From contig CAWGRW010000009.1 in assembly GCA_963825135.1 (NCBI GenBank), forward strand, positions 128,001 to 192,000: a DNA stretch of 64,000 nucleotides. Direction: 5' to 3'. The position numbers were made by a program, and so were the translations under genes. Of the stretch, positions 20,277 through 30,594 are shown in pieces; the first letter of the stretch is position 1, and the number at the start of each line of letters is the position of its first letter. The notes beneath the pieces were generated by a model. That model saw only the letters and a list, made by a program, of their open reading frames with translations, was not told where the DNA came from and did not search any database. Source of the DNA: an uncultured bacterium (lineage in GTDB: Bacteria > Desulfobacterota_D > UBA1144 > Nemesobacterales > UBA2774).

Positions 20277-20617
20277 AGCTCACTTCCTTTTTCATCAAAT
20301 AAGTGCTGAAGCCTGTCAAGGCTGCTTTCCCAAAATCGCCTGTAATGTGTGAGCCATTCATAAACCTCTCGTAAAGTATCGGGCCTCGCCTGATAAATAC
20401 GAAAGCGCCCTTGTTTGCGCCGAGATACCAACCCGGCTTCGGCAAGAATCTGCAAGTGTTGAGAGACGGCCTGAAAAGAAATATCAAAGTGACTTGCCAG
20501 GTTGTGAACGGGCATTTCTTCTTGCTGCAACAGATCAAGTATTTTTCGGCGATTGGTATCAGCAATCGCATGAAATACATCAGATTTTTGAGTTGTAACG
20601 ATTTCTGAATTCCGCAT
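20273..20617 (-). CDS. ArsR/SmtB family transcriptional regulator
   Basis: DVFHAIADTNRRKILDLL, AVSQHLQILAEAGLV, W...LD.L. Confidence 0.88.
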   Translation of the reverse strand: MRNSEIVTTQKSDVFHAIADTNRRKILDLLQQEEMPVHNLASHFDISFQAVSQHLQILAEAGLVSRRKQGRFRIYQARPDTLREVYEWLTHYRRFWESSLDRLQHLFDEKGSEL

Positions 20618-20628
20618 GAAATGATTAT

Positions 20629-20691
20629 ATTCAAGAAGATGCTTGAATGTCAAATAAGGGCGTGCTACGATATTCAATCAATCACTTAAAT
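20629..20691. promoter_or_regulatory. Two putative ArsR operators in a divergent promoter
   Basis: ATTCAAG-N6-CTTGAAT (20629-20648) and ATTCAAT-N6-CTTAAAT (20672-20691). Confidence 0.6.
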
Positions 20692-20708
20692 GAGGAGGTC
20701 TGATCTTC

Positions 20709-21434
20709 ATGAAAAAAGAATCCGGCGGCGGCATCAATAACCACATTGTGGTTAACCATGAGGAGTGGCTTACTGCGCGTATGTCGCTCCTCGCAAAGGA
20801 GAAAGAATTTACCCGGTTGCGTGACCAGCTCAGCCAAGAGCGGAGAAACCTGCCGTGGGAAGAAGTCGAGAAGGAGTATATTTTTGAGGGTTCGAACGGT
20901 AAGCAAAACTTGGGAGAGCTCTTTGATGGTAGAAGCCAATTGATCGTCTATCACTTCATGTTTGGCCCGAGCTGGGTGGCAGGATGCCCCCACTGCTCCC
21001 GTTGGGCTGACAGTTTCAATGGAATAATTATTCACTTGAACCAGCGCGATGTAACCATGATCGCCGTGTCACGGGCGCCTTACACCAGGTTAGCGGCATA
21101 CCAGAAGCGAATGGGCTGGAATTTTAAGTGGGTCTCATCACTTGAGACGGATTTCAATTTTGATTGCCATGTGTCGTTTACACCGGAAGAGCTGGCCGGG
21201 AAAAAAACATTCTATAACTTCACAATGGAAGATCAAGATAGTTCTGAGCGGGAAGGGGTCAGCGTATTTTACAAGGACTCGGCGGGTAAAGTGTTTCACA
21301 CCTACTCGACTTATGCGCGCGGCATCGACTTATTGAACGTGGATTATAATTACCTTGACCTTGTGCCCAAGGGCCGGGATGAGGGAGATCGTGGACCCTT
21401 TTGGGTGCGCCGCCACGATGAATACGGTCTATAA
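20709..21434 (+). CDS. DUF899 thioredoxin-like protein
   Basis: EWLTAR..LL.KEK, LFDGRSQLIVYHFMF, CPHCS, HTYSTYARG, WVRRHDEY. Confidence 0.9.
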   Translation: MKKESGGGINNHIVVNHEEWLTARMSLLAKEKEFTRLRDQLSQERRNLPWEEVEKEYIFEGSNGKQNLGELFDGRSQLIVYHFMFGPSWVAGCPHCSRWADSFNGIIIHLNQRDVTMIAVSRAPYTRLAAYQKRMGWNFKWVSSLETDFNFDCHVSFTPEELAGKKTFYNFTMEDQDSSEREGVSVFYKDSAGKVFHTYSTYARGIDLLNVDYNYLDLVPKGRDEGDRGPFWVRRHDEYGL

Positions 21435-21603
21435 CCGGTAATCGGGCAGCATCGACAGGGGGACCGAGAAATGATCGTAAAAAGCTATAGACGCCAGATC
21501 CGAGATCGCGGCAGGTGCTCTCAATTCCAGGCATTACTACTCGTCAAACCGGCAAATGGAAACGAATAATCTACCCGGTCAATTGTTATTAAGGAATAAG
21601 TAC

Positions 21604-21643
21604 CGGCGGGGACGACGAGGCTTGACCCCGCGACCTCTGGCTT
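21604..21643 (-). repeat. Degenerate tRNA-Asp 3' fragment R4 (att-like, closest to the tRNA)
   Basis: cggcggggacgacgaggcttgaccccgcgacctctggctt, 36/40 identical to 24029-24068 by manual count. Confidence 0.9.
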
Positions 21644-21799
21644 CGGAGGGCTTTAGTATAGTTGTATGAATTATTACCCTTTTGTATAGAGCGTACCGCT
21701 CCCCATTAGTCAAGCTCGGATTAACGCGGAGTGATGAACCGTAAAAATGTTAAAAATTTAAATGCCATTATTATCCGGTCTTATGCCCTGCTCCGGCAC

Positions 21800-22174
21800 T
21801 CAGTCCGTTCCCCAAGGGTTGTCGATCACGATGCGCCAGGATCCGTCTTCCTGACGACGCAGAACATCCGCGGATTTTCCCGCCAGCTTCTCCGGTTCGC
21901 CGTCCGGCCCGGTTCCGGTGAATGACCAAACCGAGATTACGAGGGCCAGACCGCTCGCCTCAAGAACCCTTGTCACTTTGAGATCGAGTGTGCCCTTCAT
22001 CGCGATGAAACCGGCCAGCGCTTCACGGATACCCGGTATGCCGCGGGCGAGGTTCCCGGGCTGAGCCGCAAGAGCGGCGTCAGGCTCATAAAGAGTCATG
22101 AGAGTGTCGAGATCGCCGGCGTTAATTCCGTCAACTACAGATTTGAGGACTTGCTCGGGTGTTCCTCTGGACAT
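21800..22174 (-). CDS. NTF2-like/SnoaL (DUF4440) protein
   Basis: INAGDLD...LYEPDA, VLRRQEDGSWRIVIDNPW. Confidence 0.8.
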   Translation of the reverse strand: MSRGTPEQVLKSVVDGINAGDLDTLMTLYEPDAALAAQPGNLARGIPGIREALAGFIAMKGTLDLKVTRVLEASGLALVISVWSFTGTGPDGEPEKLAGKSADVLRRQEDGSWRIVIDNPWGTD

Positions 22175-22411
22175 ACCATCCTCCCGCTATGTTAAGTTTT
22201 TAATCGTCGTGTAGAGGCCTGACTACCAATTAGACTGCCTAGATTGCTAATCCCGTTTTACGCATGAAGCTTTTCTATTGCTATTCTCTCACAAGTAAGA
22301 AGTTCTTGTCAAGCAAAGGTATAGGTCCACTACATATGAGAGATGGAGTAAGATAATAAAAAGAAGCTGACCGGAAGACTTACTGTGCGGGGTTTTTGCA
22401 GTTCGGGAAAA

Positions 22412-23590
22412 TTAATACTTTTTAACTACAACAGCATCTCCATCGAAACCTATGAATCTGTCGACACAACTGCCGCATACCGGACAATAAACTTCTATAT
22501 TTCCCTGGTGACCGGGTATAACGCGTTCTTCGATCACCAGATTCTTAAGACACCAATAGCATACATATTCACGTTTAATAACATTCATATCTTCGGTCTC
22601 GTGTGGCGGAATTGTTCCGATCTGAAACGCTTGAATGTCCGGAGAAGACGGCTTAGAAATCGTAACTAACTCAACGCCGTCCGAGAACACGCTTACCGGG
22701 CCGTCTTCCGATACCGTAAGTACGACTGATTTAGCTTCTTCATAAGAGTATCTTAGAGCTGAGGTATGACGAGTTCCTCTATACTCGGGGATCATCTCCT
22801 TAGTCGATTCCTTGCTGTCTAATTTAATTTTCGTACATCCAAGTATCCCGTCCTGGTTGAAAAATGTAGCGCCGTCAACTTGCGACAATAAATTTGAAAT
22901 CAGTATTTTATGTTCATCACTCAAAATAGATAGAGTAATCGGAGCAAGGTCCTCAAGGGGTTCAACTTTTGGAATTTTAGACCCCGTCTCGTCGTCAATG
23001 AAATATATAATGGTCGCTCCAATATTTCTTGGACTCAAATAATAGTATGCAAATTCGAGAAGAGCCGATAGTATTTCATCTTGCATTTGCGGTACATGTA
23101 ATTTAATTTTTGTTATGAGAGGATATATGCATTGTATTTTTAACCAATTTCTATTGTGATGTATGTATAGATTGTTATTATGGAACAACTTTGTTTTTAA
23201 GGCATTATCTCTTTGCAGTATCAAAGCGTTTAAATCTTGATGCAATCTTAATAATTCGTATTCTGAACCATAAATTTCGTTCAAAAATATAAGCCCAATC
23301 AGGTTATCTCGTTCATATAACAAATATGATTTATATCCATCTGATAATATTCTTAATGTGGAAGAGTCCAATGTCTTGTTGAATATTATTTTATAGGACT
23401 TTAAGTTCTCGATATTTTCTACAAAAATCACACCGAAGGTTGGTATTAGATTTTCATGCAGCGTAGGATATACACAATAACTTAGCTCTTCCCAAAATAA
23501 TTCCATATCTTTCCATTTGTTGTCTATATCTATTTGATTTAACTCTAACTCATGCTTCAAAATAGAAATTTTTGTATTATTGTCCATCAT
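22412..23590 (-). CDS. Diadenylate cyclase (DisA_N/DAC) domain protein with uncharacterised N-terminus and C-terminal Zn ribbon; AT-rich
   Basis: IGAT, VDGA, GTRHTSA, VSEDG.V motifs; CxxC...CPxC at the C-terminus. Confidence 0.8.
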   Translation of the reverse strand: MMDNNTKISILKHELELNQIDIDNKWKDMELFWEELSYCVYPTLHENLIPTFGVIFVENIENLKSYKIIFNKTLDSSTLRILSDGYKSYLLYERDNLIGLIFLNEIYGSEYELLRLHQDLNALILQRDNALKTKLFHNNNLYIHHNRNWLKIQCIYPLITKIKLHVPQMQDEILSALLEFAYYYLSPRNIGATIIYFIDDETGSKIPKVEPLEDLAPITLSILSDEHKILISNLLSQVDGATFFNQDGILGCTKIKLDSKESTKEMIPEYRGTRHTSALRYSYEEAKSVVLTVSEDGPVSVFSDGVELVTISKPSSPDIQAFQIGTIPPHETEDMNVIKREYVCYWCLKNLVIEERVIPGHQGNIEVYCPVCGSCVDRFIGFDGDAVVVKKY

Positions 23591-24028
23591 GGATCGATAT
23601 CAATCTTTGTTCTTGTGGATGAATTATTACAAATCCCGTCAATTTGAATAAAGCTGTTATTATTTTAACCCTCTCGGATTATTATTAGAATAGGCCAAAA
23701 TCCTTTTACTGCATATATACCCGTACCTTCTAACTTATTTGTTGTTAAAGACTAATTCATATATATAATTCTTTTTCTCAGCATGTCTTTCAGCCGCATA
23801 TACGGCCACCCCGGCTATTCAATGCAAGTATACCTCAAACCATTGCCGGAACCTTTCTTTGTTCTCGTCCTGCGGCCGCCGGAGTTTTTCGGTACACCGG
23901 AGAGTATTCGTGTCTTCTTCGGTATTCGGACAGTGTGGAGCCTGTCCGTAGTTAGAATAGCGCCAACAAAAGTGCTAACACTTTTACCCTGGTTTCCATT
24001 TGTCCAGCCGGGAATGTTCATTAGTGAC

Positions 24029-24106
24029 TGGCGGGGACGACGGGACTTGAACCCGCGACCTCTGGCTTGACAGGCCAGCGTTCTAACCGGACTGAACTAC
24101 GTCCCC
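24029..24106 (-). tRNA. tRNA-Asp(GTC)
   Basis: GGGGACG...CTGGC-CTGTCAA-GCCAG...GGTTCAAG...CGTCCCC G CCA. Confidence 0.97.
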
Positions 24107-24123
24107 GCAAGTAATTTATGGAG

Positions 24124-24200
24124 TGGTGGGCGGTACAGGATTTGAACCTATGACATCCTGCTTGTAAGGCAGGCGCTCTCCCATGCTGAGCTAACCGCCC
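24124..24200 (-). tRNA. tRNA-Val(TAC)
   Basis: GGGCGGT...CCTGC-CTTACAA-GCAGG...GGTTCAAAT...ACCGCCC A CCA. Confidence 0.97.
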
Positions 24201-24250
24201 ACTCCGAATTTGAGTAGTTCCGCACCTAAATCCGAACCGTAAGGGAGAAA

Positions 24251-24279
24251 TATATAACTGAATTTTAAGCTTTTGTCCA
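24251..24279 (-). promoter_or_regulatory. sigma70-like promoter of the tRNA-Val/Asp operon
   Basis: TGGACA-N17-TATATA upstream of tRNA-Val. Confidence 0.45.
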
Positions 24280-24504
24280 CACACATAGTGTGATTCTATG
24301 ATCCCTCCCATCCGCTCAGTTCCGCCGACATTTCGCACATTTGCGACTACCCGCCGTCATTTCTGTCCTTATGCGCAGAACCTGCGCTCGTATACGATTC
24401 CTCCCCGGCTCATCCGCCCAGCCGGCATATGCGGCAATTTCAAATGTCGGCAGCGACTCGCCGTCCCGTACATTACCACAGAAACACCCTGAGTCGTCCG
24501 GGCC

Positions 24505-24533
24505 AAAAAAAAAGGCGGTTATCTCTAACCGCC
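24505..24533 (-). terminator. Rho-independent terminator after lon
   Basis: GGCGGTTA-gaga-TAACCGCC followed by T9 on the minus strand. Confidence 0.85.
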
Positions 24534-24564
24534 CCCTCTTCAAAATCATCTTTTAGTTTATAGT

Positions 24565-26991
24565 CTAGTTTACGTTCGTCCCCAGCTCTTCGCCTATCGG
24601 CAGCGCCGGAGGGATTACCACGTTCTTGAGCACGGGCTCGTCGGTTTCGATCGCGGCTTCAAGCACCTCGTCCATGTGGTCGACGAGCTTGATCTTGATG
24701 TCCTTGAGAATGTTCTCGCGGATGTCCTTAATGTCCTTCTCGTTCTCCTGCGGGATAATTACGGTCTTCACCTTACCCCTGTGAGCAGCGAGGATCTTCT
24801 CCTTGAGTCCGCCTATCGGGAGCACCCGTCCTCTGAGGGTTATCTCACCGGTCATAGCGACGTCGTGCCTGACCGGCTTCTTGATGAGCGCGGACACGAT
24901 AGCGGTAGCGATCGCTATGCCCGCCGACGGTCCGTCCTTGGGCGTCGCTCCCTCGGGGACGTGTATGTGCACGTCCACCTTCTGATGGAAGTTGCGCTCG
25001 AGCCCGAGCCTCTCGGCCCTGGATCTGACGTAGCTCATCGCAGCCTGCGTCGATTCCTGCATGACCTCTCCGAGCTTGCCGGTAACGGTGAAATTCCCCT
25101 TTCCGGGCACCACCGACACTTCGATAGTGAGGAGCTCTCCGCCGACTTCCGTCCAGGCGAGTCCAGTGGACATACCCACCTGCGGCATCTCCTCGATCTC
25201 CCCGTACTTGAACTTCGGAATGCCCAGGTACTTCTGGCTCGTTATCAGGTTCGGGGTAACCTTCACCACATGCTCGGTCCCCTTCTTTACGATGTCCCTC
25301 GCAGCTTTCCTGCAGAGAGAAGCTATCTCCCTTTCGAGCGTCCTCACCCCCGCTTCCCTCGTGAAGCGCCTTATTATGGTCAGTATGGCATTGTCCGATA
25401 TCTTCAGGTTCTCTTCCTTCAACCCGTGCGCTTCGAGCTGCTTGGGGACGAGGAACTTCTTCGCTATCTCGAGCTTCTCGTCTTCCGTGTAGCCCGAGAT
25501 GCGGATTATTTCCATCCTGTCCTGGAGCGCCCACGGTATCGTGTGCAGGATGTTCGCGGTCGTGATGAACATTACGTTCGAGAGGTCGTAATCGACTTCG
25601 ATGTAATGGTCGTTGAACGCGTTGTTCTGCTCCGGGTCGAGCGCCTCAAGGAGGGCGGACGCCGGGTCTCCCCTGAAGTCCATTCCCAGCTTGTCTATTT
25701 CATCGAGCAGGAACACCGGGTTCGTGGTCCCCGCCTTTCTCACTCCCTGTATTATCTTTCCGGGCAGCGCTCCGATGTAGGTGCGCCTGTGCCCCCTGAT
25801 CTCGGCCTCGTCCCTGACGCCGCCGAGCGAGACCCTCACGAACTTCCTTCCCATAGAGCGTGCGATAGACTTCGCGAGCGAGGTCTTTCCCACTCCGGGC
25901 GGCCCTACGAAGCATAGTATCGGGCCCTTTATCTTTTTCGTCAGTGCCTGTACGGCGAGGTATTCCAGGATCCTCTCTTTCGGCTTTTCCAGGCCGAAAT
26001 GGTCTTCTTCGAGTATCTTCTGGGCCTCGTCTATGTCTATCCTGTCGTCCGTCTTCTCTTCGCCCCACGGTATCGAAAGGAGCCAGTCTATGTAGTTCCT
26101 TACGACGGTGGCTTCGGCCGACATGGGCGACATCTGTTTTAGTTTCTTTATCTCTTTTTTGACCTTCTGCTCGGCCTCTTCAGGCATGGTCTTCTTTTTG
26201 AGCCTGTCCTCGAATTCCTGTATCTCGGATTTGAGGTCGTCCTTCTCGCCGAGCTCCTTCTGAATGGCCCTCATCTGCTCCGTGAGGTAGTACTCCTTCT
26301 GGGCCTTCTCCATCTGCTTCTTGACTCTCGACCTTATCTTCTTCTCTATCTGGAGTATCTCCACCTCGGACTGTATCTTCTCGTAGAGCTTCTCCAGCCT
26401 CTCCGCCGGGTCGAGGGTTTCCAGTATCTCCTGCTTGTCCTCGAGCTTGAAGCCCAGGTGAGAGGAGATGGTGTCCGAAAGCCTGCCCGCGTCCTCGATC
26501 GAGGACACCGTGACGAGCACCTCGGACGGTATCTTTTTATTCAGCTTCACGTAGTTTTCAAACGCGGTGACGAGGGTCCTTATGAGGGCCTCCGTCTCCA
26601 CTCCTACTTCCTGCGGTTCGGGGATGACCTCCGCCTCGACGAGGAAATAGCCCTTGTTCGGGAGGTAATTCAGGACCTTCGCCCTCTTCTTCCCCTCGAC
26701 GAGCACCTTTACGGTCCCGTCCGGGAGCCTCAGCATCTGAACTATCGTCCCGATAGTCCCTATGTCGTAAATGTCCGTCTCCTGGGGATCGTTCGTCTTC
26801 GCATCCCTCTGCGCGACGAGGAAAATCTCTTTTGATTTCTTCATCGCCTCTTCGAGCGCGCGTATCGACTTCTCGCGCCCCACGAACAGCGGCGCGACCA
26901 TGTACGGGAATATGACTACATCTCTAAGCGGTAATAACGGTATTGTTTCCATTTGCCCCTTTCCCTCTTCGTTTTTGAAAAACATCGGCAT
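24565..26991 (-). CDS. lon: ATP-dependent protease La
   Basis: [31 protein letters not shown]. Confidence 0.98.
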   Translation of the reverse strand: MPMFFKNEEGKGQMETIPLLPLRDVVIFPYMVAPLFVGREKSIRALEEAMKKSKEIFLVAQRDAKTNDPQETDIYDIGTIGTIVQMLRLPDGTVKVLVEGKKRAKVLNYLPNKGYFLVEAEVIPEPQEVGVETEALIRTLVTAFENYVKLNKKIPSEVLVTVSSIEDAGRLSDTISSHLGFKLEDKQEILETLDPAERLEKLYEKIQSEVEILQIEKKIRSRVKKQMEKAQKEYYLTEQMRAIQKELGEKDDLKSEIQEFEDRLKKKTMPEEAEQKVKKEIKKLKQMSPMSAEATVVRNYIDWLLSIPWGEEKTDDRIDIDEAQKILEEDHFGLEKPKERILEYLAVQALTKKIKGPILCFVGPPGVGKTSLAKSIARSMGRKFVRVSLGGVRDEAEIRGHRRTYIGALPGKIIQGVRKAGTTNPVFLLDEIDKLGMDFRGDPASALLEALDPEQNNAFNDHYIEVDYDLSNVMFITTANILHTIPWALQDRMEIIRISGYTEDEKLEIAKKFLVPKQLEAHGLKEENLKISDNAILTIIRRFTREAGVRTLEREIASLCRKAARDIVKKGTEHVVKVTPNLITSQKYLGIPKFKYGEIEEMPQVGMSTGLAWTEVGGELLTIEVSVVPGKGNFTVTGKLGEVMQESTQAAMSYVRSRAERLGLERNFHQKVDVHIHVPEGATPKDGPSAGIAIATAIVSALIKKPVRHDVAMTGEITLRGRVLPIGGLKEKILAAHRGKVKTVIIPQENEKDIKDIRENILKDIKIKLVDHMDEVLEAAIETDEPVLKNVVIPPALPIGEELGTNVN

Positions 26992-27023
26992 GGCATGTCT
27001 CCTTAACTATCCGGATTCACATC

Positions 27024-28301
27024 CTACGTTCCCAGACGCGCTTCCTCCTCGTAAATAAAGAGGGGGTCGCCCTTCCCGTTAATTACGTCCTCCGTGATAA
27101 CACAACGCCTTAGCCCTTTAAGCGACGGAACCTCGTAAGATATATCGAGCATCACGGTCTCGATAATCGCTCTCAGTCCCCTCGCGCCCGTTTTTCTCGA
27201 TATAGCCTCGCGGGCGATTGCTGCGAGAGCGCCTTCCGTGACCTCGAGCTCGACACCTTCGAGCTCCATCAGCTTTTGAAACTGCTTTATAATCGCATTC
27301 TTCGGTTTGGTAAGAATCTCCACGAAGGACTCTTCGCTGAGCTCTTCGAGAGTGGCCACGACCGGTATCCTGCCGACGAATTCCGGAATCAGTCCGAACT
27401 GTATCTGGTCCTCGGGCTGCACCTCTTTTAAGAGCGCGCCCAGGTCCTTTTCCTTCGTCCTTCCGAGATTCGCCTCGAATCCGATCGACTTCTCCCCGAT
27501 CCTCTGTTTCACTATATCCTCAAGCCCGCAAAAGGCCCCGCCGCAGATAAACAGAATGTTCGTCGTATCCACCTGCAGGAACTCCTGCTGGGGGTGTTTC
27601 CTTCCGCCCTTCGGCGGAACGTTCGCCTTGGTCCCTTCCATGATCTTGAGAAGGGCCTGCTGAACACCCTCCCCGGAAACGTCCCTCGTTATAGACGGGC
27701 TGTCCCCGGTCTTTCTCGCGAGCTTGTCTATCTCGTCTATATATATAATACCCTTTGATGCCCTTTCAAGGTCATAATCCGCGGCCTGGAGAAGACTCAC
27801 TATCATATTCTCCACGTCCTCTCCGACGTAGCCCGCCTCGGTGTAGCACGTGGCGTCCACGATCGTGAACGGCACGTCGAGGAGCCTCGCGAGCGTCTGG
27901 GCCAGCAGCGTCTTGCCGCTCCCCGTGGGTCCTATCATCAGAATATTGCTCTTCTGCACCTCGACGTCTGAATTCCTCTTCCCGCCGTTGTGCGCGTTTA
28001 ATTCGACTCTCTTGTAGTGGTTATATACCGCTACCGACAGTATCTTCTTCGCCCGTATCTGTCCGATAACGTATTCGTCTAGAAACTTCTTTATCTGCGA
28101 GGGCGTCGGTAAGGCGGTATATCTTTTCTTGAGCACGCCTTCCTTGGCGTCTTCGTCGGCGATTATCTCGTTACAGAGCTCTATGCACTCGTTGCATATA
28201 TATACGGTAGGGCCCGCAATGAGTTTCCTTACTTCTTTCTGGCTCTTTCCGCAGAAAGAGCAGTATAGTTTCCCTTCTTTCGCGTCGCGTCTGGAAGTCA
28301 C
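27024..28301 (-). CDS. clpX: ClpX ATPase
   Basis: CSFCGK zinc finger, [11 protein letters not shown] loop, [10 protein letters not shown]. Confidence 0.98.
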   Translation of the reverse strand: MTSRRDAKEGKLYCSFCGKSQKEVRKLIAGPTVYICNECIELCNEIIADEDAKEGVLKKRYTALPTPSQIKKFLDEYVIGQIRAKKILSVAVYNHYKRVELNAHNGGKRNSDVEVQKSNILMIGPTGSGKTLLAQTLARLLDVPFTIVDATCYTEAGYVGEDVENMIVSLLQAADYDLERASKGIIYIDEIDKLARKTGDSPSITRDVSGEGVQQALLKIMEGTKANVPPKGGRKHPQQEFLQVDTTNILFICGGAFCGLEDIVKQRIGEKSIGFEANLGRTKEKDLGALLKEVQPEDQIQFGLIPEFVGRIPVVATLEELSEESFVEILTKPKNAIIKQFQKLMELEGVELEVTEGALAAIAREAISRKTGARGLRAIIETVMLDISYEVPSLKGLRRCVITEDVINGKGDPLFIYEEEARLGT

Positions 28302-28897
28302 TTGCCCGCCTCCTCTCTCTTAGAAATTATAGCATCAACGAGACCGTATTCTAAGGCGTCATTTGGACGGAGGAAAAAATCCCTCTCCGTGTCCTTCGCT
28401 ATCCTGTCGATAGGCTGATTTGTATGCTTGGCCAGAATACGGTTCAGCTCCTCGCGCATCCTCAGTATTTCCTTTGCGTGTATCTCTATGTCGGTAGCCT
28501 GCCCTTCGACGCCCCCCAATACCTGATGGAGCATCACGCGGGCGTGCGGCAGCGCGTACCTCTTCCCCTTCGTCCCCGCGGCGAGGAGCACGGCGGCCAT
28601 GCTGGCTGCCTGCCCCAAACACATTGTCGCAACGTCGCACTTTATGTACTGCATCGTGTCGTAGATCGCGAGCCCCGAGGTCACGTTTCCCCCGGGAGAA
28701 TTGACGTAAACGAAGATGTCCTTCTCCGGGTTCTCCGACTCTAAAAACAACAGCTGCGCTATTACCGTGTCGGCGACCGGATCGTTGATCACTGACCCGA
28801 GAAACACTATTCTGTCTTTGAGTAATCGGGAAAAAATGTCATATGCCCTCTCGCCCCTGCTTGTCTGTTCAATTACAATCGGCACATAGCTGGACAT
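28298..28897 (-). CDS. clpP: ClpP protease
   Basis: [20 protein letters not shown]. Confidence 0.98.
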   Translation of the reverse strand: MSSYVPIVIEQTSRGERAYDIFSRLLKDRIVFLGSVINDPVADTVIAQLLFLESENPEKDIFVYVNSPGGNVTSGLAIYDTMQYIKCDVATMCLGQAASMAAVLLAAGTKGKRYALPHARVMLHQVLGGVEGQATDIEIHAKEILRMREELNRILAKHTNQPIDRIAKDTERDFFLRPNDALEYGLVDAIISKREEAGK

Positions 28898-30225
28898 TAT
28901 TCTTGAGTATACTGATTCTCCCCTTTATTGTCAACGAGAATCGGCTCCCCCTGAACCTCCTCAATCGTCGCGTTTTCTATAATGAAATCAATGACTTTTT
29001 GCTCCGCGAGACTCGCGTCGAGTCCCTCCAGGAGGTCGTTCTTGCCGTATATCTCGCGCACCTGTTCGGTGGGCATATTATAGGTGGCGGCGATGCCCGA
29101 AAGGCTCTCGTCGATGTCCTCGTCCGTGACCTTGATGTCCTCTTTCTTCCTTATTTCCGAGAGTATGATCGACGTCTTCACGTTCCTCTGCGCGCTCTCG
29201 GCTATCACGGCTTTTGCGCTGTCGTCGAGCGTTTGAATGTTGAGCCCCCTCTGACGGAGACTCTGCGCCATATTCCGCGCGAGCCTGCCCACCTCTTCGT
29301 TGACGAGGCTCTGGGGGGCGTCGACGGTATTCCTTTCGATGAGCGCGTCCACCACCTGCTGCCTCATCTTGCTCTCCGACTGGTGCTCCGACTGCTTTTT
29401 CAAATCCTCTCTCACATGTTCCCTGAGCGCGGCCACGTCCTCCATTCCCACCTCTTTCGCGAGCTCGTCGTTTAACTCGGGCAGCGTCCTCTTAAGGACG
29501 TCCGTCACGGAAAACTTGTAACGCACCGCCTTGCCCGCCGCTTCCTTTACCTGAAAATCCTCTCCGTAGCTGACGTCGAACTCCTTCGTCTCCCCCTTTT
29601 TCATGCCGATGACGTTCTCCTCGAACTCCGGTATGAGCCTGTCGTGCCCCACGAGGAACTGGAGACCCGTCCTCTTCAAATCCTTCACCTGCTCGCCGTC
29701 TATCGAGCCCTCGAAATCCACTACCGCGACGTCCCCGTTCTCGACCGCCTTCTCCCCTTCGTAGGACTTTATCTCGGCCCTGTGCTCGATAAGATGCTCG
29801 ATAGTATGATCGACGTCCTCGTCCCTGACCCCGTGTATCTCCTTTTTGAGCGGGATGCCCTTGTATTCGGCGAGCTCGAATTGGGGAAGCACCTCGAAGA
29901 CGGCCGAGTAGTGGAAGTCTTTATCGGTCTCGAATACGTCGGGCGGGTTGATCCGGGGCCTGCTTATCGGGTGCGCCGATACCTCTTTGAGCGCCTCTTC
30001 GAGCGAGTCCGTGACGAGCCTCGTCGCGGTCTCTCCCAGTATCTCCTTCCTGTACACGGATTCGATAACGTTAACGGGCGCCTTCCCGGGGCGGAACCCC
30101 TTTATTTTGGCGTTCTTCTTGATCTCGGAGAAGACTATATCCCTCTTCTCCCTCACCACCTCGACGGGGATTACGACGTCCACCTTCCTCTCCGTACCGC
30201 TCAAATTCTCTATGTTCACCTTCAT
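28897..30225 (-). CDS. tig: Trigger factor
   Basis: GFRPGKAP signature, FKBP domain, position before clpP. Confidence 0.96.
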   Translation of the reverse strand: MKVNIENLSGTERKVDVVIPVEVVREKRDIVFSEIKKNAKIKGFRPGKAPVNVIESVYRKEILGETATRLVTDSLEEALKEVSAHPISRPRINPPDVFETDKDFHYSAVFEVLPQFELAEYKGIPLKKEIHGVRDEDVDHTIEHLIEHRAEIKSYEGEKAVENGDVAVVDFEGSIDGEQVKDLKRTGLQFLVGHDRLIPEFEENVIGMKKGETKEFDVSYGEDFQVKEAAGKAVRYKFSVTDVLKRTLPELNDELAKEVGMEDVAALREHVREDLKKQSEHQSESKMRQQVVDALIERNTVDAPQSLVNEEVGRLARNMAQSLRQRGLNIQTLDDSAKAVIAESAQRNVKTSIILSEIRKKEDIKVTDEDIDESLSGIAATYNMPTEQVREIYGKNDLLEGLDASLAEQKVIDFIIENATIEEVQGEPILVDNKGENQYTQE

Positions 30226-30440
30226 GTCTCTCTACCTCTCGGAATGTCCGATAATTTATGCAGTATTTTTAAGCCCTTATCCCCTGCGTAAAAAGCTTGT
30301 AATTATACATGACAATATTTATTGTGAACAATTTTTCAAGTCGGAATAGATATGATGCGGGAATGCGGCAAATAGATTCGGGCGGGGGGGGTGATCGGGT
30401 CATCTCTTTCCTCTCACGGAGGGGAAGCCCGGATACAGGT

Positions 30441-30507
30441 CAATCCCGTTCAGCCTGAGCAGGAGCCTGCCCCGAGCAGTGAGCCCGTCGAGCTATCGAA
30501 GGGCGGC
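30441..30507 (+). repeat. REP-like element (CAATCCCGT...TGAGC...TCGAAGG family), variant copy
   Basis: Shares its ends with the copies at 59716 and 60895. Confidence 0.55.
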
Positions 30508-30594
30508 TATCCCCGCTTCATCCTCTTCGCAGGAGCGGCTTCCAGCCGCGATACTTCGCTTCTCACACACTCTCCACAAAATCCGGAGAGCCCC

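Noticed and set aside
23700..24021. Integrase remnant next to tRNA-Asp (SRIYGH resembles a catalytic-Tyr tail)
   Set aside because: Only a few residues, with no other tyrosine-recombinase motif; cannot be supported without an HMM search.
24676..25917. Long antisense ORFs, for example 24676..25917, 30391..31437, 35425..36663, 54171..55343, 56409..57464
   Set aside because: Shadow frames opposite well-supported genes, expected in GC-rich DNA.
30340..30420. tRNA-Leu 3' duplication marking an island end
   Set aside because: Only weak G-rich similarity and no T-arm match.
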